Positions 52,085 through 60,403 of a stretch of 64,000 nt of DNA are shown one piece after another. The notes beneath the pieces are model-generated. The model did not search any database. It saw only the letters and a list, made by a program, of their open reading frames with translations, and was not told the origin of the DNA. Both the position numbers and the translations under genes were made by a program. Origin of the DNA: Candidatus Multivoradales bacterium (lineage in GTDB: Bacteria; Acidobacteriota; Thermoanaerobaculia; Multivoradales; JAHEKO01); NCBI GenBank assembly GCA_965223155.1, contig CBDCVR010000014.1:1248001-1312000 (forward strand), given 5' to 3'. Every line of letters starts with the position of its first letter. Position 1 is the first letter of the stretch.

Positions 52085-53134
52085 TTGAACGCCCTCCAGG
52101 CATGGCTCCAGGACCGTCTGCCGATCCAGGCGGACGATCTGCGCGAACTCACCAACGAGCCGGTTCCGAATCACCTGAAGCGCTGGTGGTTCGCGCTAGG
52201 AGGAACGCCCGCCTATCTCTTCGTCGTCCAGATCGTGACCGGCATCTTGCTGGCGATCTACTACCAGCCGGCGCCGGCAACCGCCTACGAGTCGGTCCGC
52301 TACATCACCGAAGAAGCGGCTTTCGGCTGGTACTTGCGGGGCCTCCACAAGTGGGCGGCCACCTTCATGATCGCCGCGGTCATCCTGCACCAGATGCGGG
52401 TCTACTTCACCGGCGCCTATCGCAAGCCGCGCGAGATCAACTGGATGGTCGGCATGTGCCTCCTGATCTCGACCCTGATGCTTGGTTTTACCGGCTATAG
52501 CCTGGTTTACGAGCAGCTCAGCTACTGGGGCGCGACCGTGGGCGCCAACATCAGCGCCAGCGTGCCGGTGTTCGGCGAGTTGATGCGCAACCTGCTCCTC
52601 GGCGGCGAGGCCTACAACAGCAGGACCCTGTCGCGCTTCTTCATCCTGCACGCGGCCGTCCTACCCACGACGCTCGTCCTGCTCCTGGTCGTCCACATCG
52701 CCATCATTCGCATGCAGGGAGTCACCGAGTACCGGTTCAAGGACGACACCGAGGACAAGCCCAAGCACTTCAGTTTCTTTCCGGATCACCTCCTGACCGA
52801 GATCCTGATCGGGTTGGTTCTCATGATCTTGCTGACTGCCCTGGCGACGATCTATCCGCCGGAGATGGGGCCCAAGGCCGATCCGCTGGTCACCCCCGAA
52901 GTCATCAAGCCGGAGTGGTTCTTCTACGTCGCCTTTCGCTGGTTGAAGCTCTTCTCGGGCACGGCCGCCGTCCTGAGCACCGGCTTCGTCGTTTTCATCA
53001 TGTTCGTCTGGCCGTTCATCGACGCCGCCATCCGCAAACGCACGCGCTTTCAAGAAGCCAGCATCTGGATCGGCATCGTCGGAGTCCTGGCCATCGTCGG
53101 CCTTACCGTCTGGGAAGCCCTGGTCGCCCACTGA
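52085..53134 (+). CDS. Cytochrome b of a Rieske/cytb complex (b6 + subunit IV-like, fused)
   Basis: LGG, HKWAA..LHQMRV, REINW, FTGYSL..SYWGATVG, LH..VH, KPEWFF. Confidence 0.92.
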   Translation: MNALQAWLQDRLPIQADDLRELTNEPVPNHLKRWWFALGGTPAYLFVVQIVTGILLAIYYQPAPATAYESVRYITEEAAFGWYLRGLHKWAATFMIAAVILHQMRVYFTGAYRKPREINWMVGMCLLISTLMLGFTGYSLVYEQLSYWGATVGANISASVPVFGELMRNLLLGGEAYNSRTLSRFFILHAAVLPTTLVLLLVVHIAIIRMQGVTEYRFKDDTEDKPKHFSFFPDHLLTEILIGLVLMILLTALATIYPPEMGPKADPLVTPEVIKPEWFFYVAFRWLKLFSGTAAVLSTGFVVFIMFVWPFIDAAIRKRTRFQEASIWIGIVGVLAIVGLTVWEALVAH

Positions 53135-53166
53135 GCTCCGCTGGAGCCCTCTGAGCGGGAGTACGT

Positions 53167-54819
53167 ATGACCCTTGAAACCAAACGCATCGTCATCGCCA
53201 TCCTTGCTTTCGTCTTTCTGGCTTCGCTGCTCTTGGTCCAGCGCATGGAGATCGTGCGCCGCCAAGCTGAAGCCGGTCTCAGCAAGGCCCACATCTCGGT
53301 GCCCGCAAACTCGAAGGACTGTGTTGACTGCCACGCCGAGGGCAATCCCGGCATCGTGGACCACTGGCGCGGCTCGACCCACGCCGAGAAGGGCGTGGGC
53401 TGCGTCGAGTGCCACCAGGCCGACGAGCGCGACCCCGACAGCTACCAGCACTACGGCGCGCTCATCGCCACCGTGGTGACGCCGCGCGACTGTTCGCGCT
53501 GCCATCTCGAGGAGTCCCGGGAGTTTGCTTCCAGTCACCATGCCAAGGGCGGCAACATCCTGGCCTCGCTGGACAACTTCCTGGCCGAGACGGTCGAGGG
53601 GTCCAGGGTTCCCTTCAATCCCCACTCTCCGACCCCGGGCAAGGCCGTAGACGAGGTCAACGGATTCGCCAGCGCCTTCTCCGGCTGCCAGCAGTGCCAT
53701 GGGTCCAAGGTGGCCCTTCAGGGCACCGACGGCGAGCGCGTGACGGTGGACGAGCTGGCGCCGGACGAGAACGGATTCCCCACCAGCTCGGAAGCGGTCT
53801 CGCGCATCGTGCGCGACGAGAACGGCGTGCCCGAGTTTCACCCGGGGACCTGGCCCAACACGGGCATCGGCCGCCTCAATCTGGACGGCTCCCTGGGCTC
53901 GTGCACGGCTTGCCATAGCCGCCACGATTTCTCGCCGCGGCGCGCCCGCCAGCCCGAGAACTGCGGCAAGTGCCACTTGGGCCCCGATCATCCTCAAAAG
54001 GAGATCTTCGAGGAATCCAAGCACGGCGCCGCCTACCGCGACCTCAAAGATCAGATGAATCTGGACGCGACCGATTGGGTCTTGGGTGCCGACTACTCGG
54101 CGGCGCCGACCTGCGCCACCTGCCACATGTCCGGCAACCTCAGAAACGGCGGCGACGTCACCCACGATCCCGGCGAGCGCATCTCCTGGACCAACCGGCC
54201 GCCGGTCAGCCTGGTCATGGACACCGACGTCGAGCACAAGATCGTCAAGGAGACCGATCCAGCCAAGCGAGAGGCCCTCATTCACGATTCGGCCGCCGAC
54301 AAGCGCGGGCGCATGGCCCAGGTCTGCTCGCACTGCCACACCCCCGACTACGTCAACGCCTTCTACACCCAGTACGACGATCTCGTCATCTTGTACAACG
54401 AGAAGTTCGCCAAGCCGGGGCAGGCGATCATGGGCGCGCTCAAGGACAGCGGGCTACGCACGCCGACCCAGTTCGACGAAGAGATCGAGTGGACCTGGTT
54501 CTATCTCTGGCACCACGAGGGCCGCCGGGCGCGCATGGGCGCTTCGATGATGGCGCCCGACTACACCCACTGGCACGGCATGTACGAGGTGGCCGAGCGC
54601 TTCTACATGGAGCTCATCCCGCAGGCGCGCGAGCTCGCCGAGCACGGCGCCGCCAAAGGCAAGCGCTCCCAGGCGCGGGCGGTCGAAACCCTCATCGACG
54701 GCATCCTGGCGCGGCCCGAGCACGCCTGGTTCGAACAGGGAGCCGAGGGCGAGGCCACCAAGATCCGCGAGGAAATGCAGCGCCGCTACGGCCAGTCGGG
54801 CGGCGACGAAACGAGGTAG
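53167..54819 (+). CDS. Octaheme cytochrome c, hydroxylamine oxidoreductase family
   Basis: Eight CxxCH (CVDCH, CVECH, CSRCH, CQQCH, CTACH, CGKCH, CATCH, CSHCH); CHSRHDFS, GPDHPQ, ESKHG, GASMMAPDYTHWHG; N-terminal TM. Confidence 0.9.
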   Translation: MTLETKRIVIAILAFVFLASLLLVQRMEIVRRQAEAGLSKAHISVPANSKDCVDCHAEGNPGIVDHWRGSTHAEKGVGCVECHQADERDPDSYQHYGALIATVVTPRDCSRCHLEESREFASSHHAKGGNILASLDNFLAETVEGSRVPFNPHSPTPGKAVDEVNGFASAFSGCQQCHGSKVALQGTDGERVTVDELAPDENGFPTSSEAVSRIVRDENGVPEFHPGTWPNTGIGRLNLDGSLGSCTACHSRHDFSPRRARQPENCGKCHLGPDHPQKEIFEESKHGAAYRDLKDQMNLDATDWVLGADYSAAPTCATCHMSGNLRNGGDVTHDPGERISWTNRPPVSLVMDTDVEHKIVKETDPAKREALIHDSAADKRGRMAQVCSHCHTPDYVNAFYTQYDDLVILYNEKFAKPGQAIMGALKDSGLRTPTQFDEEIEWTWFYLWHHEGRRARMGASMMAPDYTHWHGMYEVAERFYMELIPQARELAEHGAAKGKRSQARAVETLIDGILARPEHAWFEQGAEGEATKIREEMQRRYGQSGGDETR

Positions 54820-54823
54820 CAGC

Positions 54824-57175
54824 ATGAAACGACGCGAGTTCTTACAAGTGCTGTCCACGGGCGCGGCGGTCGCCGCGTTCTCGTGCCGAGATCGCGAGGA
54901 GGCCGAGCGCCTGGCGGCGAATCGAGACGCCGGCGCGATCGACCCGGCCGACCTGACCTGGGGCAAGGCTCCTTGCCGCTATTGCGGCACCGGCTGCGGC
55001 GTCGAGGTCGGCGTGCGCGACGGGCGCGCTCTGGCAGTTCGCGGCGATCAGGCCAGCCCGGTCAACCGGGGTCTCCTGTGCGTCAAGGGCTATCACCTGC
55101 CCGGCCTTCTCTACGGTGAGGACCGGCTCCTCTATCCTCAGAAACGCGGCGCCGACGGCAAGCTCGCCCGAATCTCTTGGGACGAGGCCCTGGATCTCAT
55201 CGCCGAGAACTACTCCCGCGTCCTGGAGGAGAGCGGCCCCGAGGCGGTCGCCATGTACGGCTCCGGCCAGTGGACCGTCTTTGACGGCTACGCCGCCACC
55301 AAGTGGCTACGGGGAGGCTTGCGCAGCAACAACCTGGATCCCAACGCCCGGCTGTGCATGGCGAGCGCGGTGATGGGCTTCGTGACTCAGTTTCAGAGCG
55401 ACGAGCCCATGGGCTGCTACGAGGATCTCGAGGCCGGCGACGACTTCGTACTCTGGGGCAACAACATGGCCGAGATGCACCCGGTGCTCTTCAGCCGCAT
55501 CCTGGAGACCAAGCGCGTGAAGCCCGGCACCCGCATCGTGGACATCGCCACGCGGCGCACGCCGACCTCGGACTACGCCGACATGTACGTCGAAATCCAG
55601 CCGGGCGCCGATCTGGCCCTTGCCAACGGCATCCTCCATCTGCTGGTCAAGGACGGCAAGGTCAACCGGCCCTTCGTGGAAGAAAACGTCGTCTTCAAGC
55701 GCGGCATCGAGGACGTCGATGAGATCGGCTACGGCTGCTACGGCGACGACGCCGAACGCTATACCTTCAAGGACTCCGGCCGCAACGCCTCCCTGGCCGA
55801 GCTCGAGAGCTTCCTGGCCGACTACACGCCGGAGAAGGTCAGCGCAATCTCGGGCGTCCCGACCCGGCAGATCGAGATCCTGGCCGAGATCTACGGCAAC
55901 CGCGACCGAGGCACGGTCAGCCTCTGGTGCATGGGCGTCAACCAGCACGCCCGCGGCACCTGGATGAACAATCTGCTCAACGACCTTCATCTCCTGACCG
56001 GCAAGATCAGCCGGCCTGGGAACAATCCCTTCTCGCTCACCGGCCAGCCCAGCGCCTGCGGCACCGCCCGCGAAGTCGGTACGCTTTCGAACCGCCTGCC
56101 CGCGGACATGGTGGTGATGAAGGCCGACCACCGGGCCAAGGCCGAGGAGATCTGGGGACTCGAGCCCGGAACGATCCCGGCCAAGCCCGGCTACCACACG
56201 GTCGACATGTTCCGGGCACTGGTTCGCGGCGACGTCCGGGCGATGTGGATCCAGACCACCAATCCCTGGGTCAGCCTGCCCAACTTGAACCGGTTCGAGC
56301 GCAAGCCCGGGGACGGACGCTTCCTGGTGGTCAGCGAGATCTACCCGACGCCCACCACCGACGTCGCCGACCTCGTCTTGCCCTCGGCGGCCTGGATCGA
56401 GCGCGAAGGCGTCTTCGGCAACACCGAGCGCCGCACCCAGCAGTGGAACCAGCTGGTGCCGCCTCCCGGAGAAGCCCGAGAAGACGCCTGGCAGATCATG
56501 GAGGTCGCCAAGCGCATGGGCATGGGGGGTCTGTTTCCCTACCCCGAGGAGGCCTGGCACGAGCCCATGTACGAAGAGTACCGGCGGTTCACACTCGGCA
56601 CGGGCAAGGATCTGGCCTCATACCAGGAGCTGCGCGAGACCCGCGGCAAGCTCTGGCCGGTGGTGGACGGCAAGGAGACCCGGTACCGCTACAGCGCCGA
56701 GTACGACCCTTACGTCACCAAGGACCGGGGCGTTCATTTCTACAAGGCCAAAGGCTACGGCGAGAAGGCGGCCTTCTGGATTCGCCCCTACCACCCACCG
56801 GCCGAGGGGCCGGACGACGAGTATCCGCTCTGGCTCACCACGGGACGGGTGCTGGAGCATTGGCACACCGGCTCGATGACCCGGCGCACTCCGGAGCTCC
56901 ATCAGGCGATGCCGGCGGCCACCGTCGAGATCAACCGCGCCGACGCGCAGGAGCTGGGCATCCGCTCGGGCGACCGGGTCCGCGTCGTCAGCCGCCGGGG
57001 TTCGGTCGTGCTCGAAACGGCAATCGACGGCCGCGGCAAGCCTCCGCGTGGGACGGTCTTCCTGCCTTTCTTCGACGAGGAGCGGCTGATCAACCGCCTC
57101 ACCCTCGATGCCATGGACAACATCAGCAAGGAGCCCGACTACAAGAAATGCGCGGTGCGCGTCGAACAGGCCTAG
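54824..57175 (+). CDS. napA: Periplasmic nitrate reductase catalytic subunit
   Basis: Tat RREFL; APCRYCGTGC..LCVKG; GSGQWT; DPNARLCMASAV; DEPMGCY; SLTGQPSACGTAREVG; TTGRVLEHWHTGSMTRR; EPDYKKCAV. Confidence 0.95.
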   Translation: MKRREFLQVLSTGAAVAAFSCRDREEAERLAANRDAGAIDPADLTWGKAPCRYCGTGCGVEVGVRDGRALAVRGDQASPVNRGLLCVKGYHLPGLLYGEDRLLYPQKRGADGKLARISWDEALDLIAENYSRVLEESGPEAVAMYGSGQWTVFDGYAATKWLRGGLRSNNLDPNARLCMASAVMGFVTQFQSDEPMGCYEDLEAGDDFVLWGNNMAEMHPVLFSRILETKRVKPGTRIVDIATRRTPTSDYADMYVEIQPGADLALANGILHLLVKDGKVNRPFVEENVVFKRGIEDVDEIGYGCYGDDAERYTFKDSGRNASLAELESFLADYTPEKVSAISGVPTRQIEILAEIYGNRDRGTVSLWCMGVNQHARGTWMNNLLNDLHLLTGKISRPGNNPFSLTGQPSACGTAREVGTLSNRLPADMVVMKADHRAKAEEIWGLEPGTIPAKPGYHTVDMFRALVRGDVRAMWIQTTNPWVSLPNLNRFERKPGDGRFLVVSEIYPTPTTDVADLVLPSAAWIEREGVFGNTERRTQQWNQLVPPPGEAREDAWQIMEVAKRMGMGGLFPYPEEAWHEPMYEEYRRFTLGTGKDLASYQELRETRGKLWPVVDGKETRYRYSAEYDPYVTKDRGVHFYKAKGYGEKAAFWIRPYHPPAEGPDDEYPLWLTTGRVLEHWHTGSMTRRTPELHQAMPAATVEINRADAQELGIRSGDRVRVVSRRGSVVLETAIDGRGKPPRGTVFLPFFDEERLINRLTLDAMDNISKEPDYKKCAVRVEQA

Positions 57176-57717
57176 CGGGCCTCACGGTTCTCACTCTGTT
57201 CCTCGGGTCGGCGTGTTCCGACTCCTCGAGCCGAGTGGCGGTACCCGATCGGCAGGGAGCTGAGAAGAGCGCGGCCTCGGTGCGAGCCGAGCGCCGGGCT
57301 TTCGACGGCGCGCCGCCGGTCATCGCCCACGAGAACTTCAGCATGACCTGCATCGAGTGCCACTCGGCGGCCGGCCGGCACGTCCAGGACGTCGGCTTCG
57401 CGCCGCCTTCGCCGCACGAAGCGACCGCGGGCCTGAGCGCCACCAGCCGCTGCGCGCAATGCCATGTGTTCCGCCTCACCGAGGCGGTTTGGCGCGCCAA
57501 CGACTTCGTCCCGCTCTCCCAAGACCTGCGGGCCGGGCGCCGGGCGGCGGCCGGAGCACCGCCGGTCCTGCCCCACTCTCCCTTCATGCGCGAGAACTGC
57601 GCCGCGTGTCATACGGGCCCCGCCGCGCGCGAGGAGGTCCGAACCAGCCATCCGGAGCGGCTGCGTTGCCGCCAATGCCACGTACAACGTTCCATAACCA
57701 CGGAGTTTTCACGATGA
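57148..57717 (+). CDS. napB: NapB-like cytochrome c with four hemes, putative lipoprotein
   Basis: MRGARR..FLGSAC; GAPPVIAH-CIECH..PH..CAQCH, then GAPPVLPH-CAACH..SH..CRQCH; overlaps the end of napA. Confidence 0.75.
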   Translation: MRGARRTGLAGLTVLTLFLGSACSDSSSRVAVPDRQGAEKSAASVRAERRAFDGAPPVIAHENFSMTCIECHSAAGRHVQDVGFAPPSPHEATAGLSATSRCAQCHVFRLTEAVWRANDFVPLSQDLRAGRRAAAGAPPVLPHSPFMRENCAACHTGPAAREEVRTSHPERLRCRQCHVQRSITTEFSR

Positions 57718-58970
57718 CCCTGCGTACCCGTCCATCCACCCGCCTTGCCGTCGCCATCCTGAGCCTGACGCTCTTGGCGCCGTTCGCTCTGCCCTTCCCA
57801 GCGGCGGCGGACGACCCGAACAACGGCGAGACCGCTTCGCTCGCCGACGCGATTCGAAACGGCAAGGCCGGGCTGGCTTTGCGCTACCGCGTAGAGAGCG
57901 TGGATCAGGACGGCTCCGCCAAAGAAGCCCTGGCCTCGACCTTGCGCACCACGCTTAACTACCGCACCGCCGCCTACCGCGGTTGGAGCGCTTTCGTGGA
58001 AGCCGAGAACGTCGCCGATCTGGGCGCCGATGACCAGCACAACAACGTCGGCTCCGGCTCCCTCGGCAACGGCGTCACCGACCGGCCGGTGATCGCCGAC
58101 CCGGCGCAAACCGAGCTTCATCAGGCGTACCTGCGCTGGACTGGGGACACGACCACGGTCACGGTCGGTCGCCAAGCGCTCGCCTTGGGCGACCAGCGCT
58201 TCGTCGGCCCGGTGGGCTGGCGTCAGAACCATCAGAGCTTCGACGCTTTCGCAATCCACAACCACGGGCTCGACAAGGTGGTCTTCGATTACGTCTTCGT
58301 GGACGAGGTCCAACGCATCTTCGGTGACTCGAAACCGATGGCGAGCCATCTGGCAAGCGCCGCCTTCTCGACCGGCATCGGCAAGGTCACGGCCTACGGC
58401 TGGCTACTGGACTACGACGAGACAGTGGACCGCGCGCTGTCGCGCACGACCCTGGGCCTCGAGCTTGCCGGCAAGCGCAATCGCGATCGGTACTCCTGGC
58501 TCTACGAGCTCGAGTACGCCACCCAGTCGGACGCGGGCGACAACCCGGCCGACGTCGACGCCGGCTACCTGCACGGCAGCCTGGGTGTCGCCACCGCAGC
58601 AAAGACCACCTTCAAGGTGGGCTGGGAGCTCCTCGAAGGCAACGGCGGCGCTGATCGTTTCCTGACTCCGCTGGCGACGCTCCACAAGTTCAACGGCTGG
58701 GCCGACAAGTTCCTGGCGACCCCCGGAGCCGGCCTCGAAGACCTCTACCTTCAGCTCTCGGGGAGCCGCAACAAGCTCGCTTGGACGATCAAGGCCCATG
58801 ACTTCAACGCCGACTCCTCGAGCGCGAGCTACGGCAGCGAGCTCGATGCCCAGCTCACCTGGAAGGGACCCCAGGGCCTGGTTTTCGGCGTGAAGGGCGC
58901 CTACTACGACGCCGACGAGTTCGCGACGGATACCACCAAGCTGTGGCTTTGGAGCGCCTGGAAGCTCTAG
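57714..58970 (+). CDS. Outer-membrane beta-barrel, alginate export family-like porin
   Basis: Signal peptide, LRYRVESVDQ, QAYL, VGRQ..DQRFVG.VGWRQN.QSFD, PLATLHKFNGWADKFL, C-terminal beta-signal LWSAWKL. Confidence 0.8.
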   Translation: MTLRTRPSTRLAVAILSLTLLAPFALPFPAAADDPNNGETASLADAIRNGKAGLALRYRVESVDQDGSAKEALASTLRTTLNYRTAAYRGWSAFVEAENVADLGADDQHNNVGSGSLGNGVTDRPVIADPAQTELHQAYLRWTGDTTTVTVGRQALALGDQRFVGPVGWRQNHQSFDAFAIHNHGLDKVVFDYVFVDEVQRIFGDSKPMASHLASAAFSTGIGKVTAYGWLLDYDETVDRALSRTTLGLELAGKRNRDRYSWLYELEYATQSDAGDNPADVDAGYLHGSLGVATAAKTTFKVGWELLEGNGGADRFLTPLATLHKFNGWADKFLATPGAGLEDLYLQLSGSRNKLAWTIKAHDFNADSSSASYGSELDAQLTWKGPQGLVFGVKGAYYDADEFATDTTKLWLWSAWKL

Positions 58971-59156
58971 CCGGTATTGCGAAGTCCCTTAGCGGGACCC
59001 CAGAGGTCTCCGGCGTCGGTTTCCGAGCGCGGCAGGCGCGGCGCGTGGTAGCCTCCGCGCGCCGCCACCCGGCGCGCCGCTCACCGGCCTGCCGCCCGGC
59101 GGATCTCACAACGACTGGCCAACGATTGGCTAACGACTGAAAGGACCGTTCGATCG

Positions 59157-59693
59157 ATGATTCGTGGCTACCCGCGCGAGGTCGTGCTGCGCAACGGCAA
59201 GCGCGTCCTGCTGCGCCCGTTCGCCCAGGGCGACGCCGAGGCGCTTTTCGCTTTCTTCACCAAACTGCCCACCGACGTCCGCCGCTTCGCCTGGGATCAC
59301 ATCGACGACCCCAGAGTGGTCGAGACCTGGGCGCAGAACATCGACTACGCCAAGGTGCTTCCACTGCTGGCCGTGGACGGCAGCGGCGTCGTCGCCGACG
59401 CCAGCTTGCACCGCCGCGAGGGCGGCCCTCTGCGCTTGTCGGCGCGGATCAAGTGGCTCATCCATCCCGAGTACCGGGGTCAGGGCCTGGGAACCGCCTT
59501 GGTCAACGATTTCATCGACATCGGCAGGCAACAGGGCCTGCGCCACCTGACCTGCATGCTGATCGAGGACCTCGAGGCTGACGCCGTCGAGACCTTGACC
59601 AACCTGGGCTTCGAGAAGTACTCAATGCCCGGCTACGGCACCGATCCCGACGGGGACGCGCACGACATGGTGAAGCTCATCCTGGCGCTGTAG
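59157..59693 (+). CDS. GNAT family N-acetyltransferase
   Basis: VLLRPF, IHPEYRGQGLGTAL, LGFE. Confidence 0.88.
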   Translation: MIRGYPREVVLRNGKRVLLRPFAQGDAEALFAFFTKLPTDVRRFAWDHIDDPRVVETWAQNIDYAKVLPLLAVDGSGVVADASLHRREGGPLRLSARIKWLIHPEYRGQGLGTALVNDFIDIGRQQGLRHLTCMLIEDLEADAVETLTNLGFEKYSMPGYGTDPDGDAHDMVKLILAL

Positions 59694-59851
59694 GGGATCC
59701 CCCATCAGTCCCGGAGGCCCTCTCCGGAGGAGCCCTCCGCGGCAACGAAGGCCGGCTTCCAACGAGAACCTGCGTGCTACGCTAACGGACAGTTCCGGGC
59801 AGACGGCGAGCGGCTTTCGGCGCCGGCATCAATTCGAACCTAGGAGGAGTC

Positions 59852-60403
59852 ATGGGTCATCAGGGACGGAAGCTTTCGTGTCTCGTCCTCATCATCCTCC
59901 TGCTGCTCCTGATCCTCCTCTACCTCAAGAGCCAAGCGCCGGACCCAGATTCTCCAGACGGCTCCGGTACCGATCCCGGTCCGGTCGCCACCAACACCGC
60001 CCCGAGCGCGGGCAGCGACGACTTCAAGCAATCCGGACCTCGGTGCGTGCTCTCGGGCTCGGCTCCGTTTGTTTGCACGGTGACCTACCCGGCCGGCAGC
60101 CTGACAGCCAACGATTCCGATCCCGAAGGACACGCCTTCTCGAGCCATATCGCCGGCACCGACATCGCCGGCCGGGCGTGCTCGAGCGACCATCTGTGCT
60201 CGACCGACGCCCATTTTGATCCAGCCGGCAGCAGCGTCACCGTCGCACCCGACGGCGGCTTCACCCTCACCTTCGCCACCAACCTGGAGCCGGTCTTTCT
60301 CCTGATCGCCGAGTTCCAGTACGTGGTCGAGGAGACGCAGACCGCGGATCGCCTGGTCTCGAATACCGCTACCGTCGAGGTCGCGGTCGAGTCGGCCGAC
60401 TGA
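59852..60403 (+). CDS. Membrane-anchored hypothetical protein with a cadherin/Ig-like domain
   Basis: AGGAGG RBS, N-terminal Leu/Ile TM, LTANDSDPEG, DGGFT, FQYVV, SNTATV. Confidence 0.55.
   Translation: MGHQGRKLSCLVLIILLLLLILLYLKSQAPDPDSPDGSGTDPGPVATNTAPSAGSDDFKQSGPRCVLSGSAPFVCTVTYPAGSLTANDSDPEGHAFSSHIAGTDIAGRACSSDHLCSTDAHFDPAGSSVTVAPDGGFTLTFATNLEPVFLLIAEFQYVVEETQTADRLVSNTATVEVAVESAD

Noticed and set aside
53167-54819. Evidence for nitrification or anammox
   Set aside because: No amo, cycAB or hzs genes are present. The protein sits with napA and appears to lack the oxidative cross-link.
55927-57147. Apparent long N-terminal extension of the NapB-like ORF
   Set aside because: It is an alternative frame inside napA. 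A signal peptide begins at ATG 57148.
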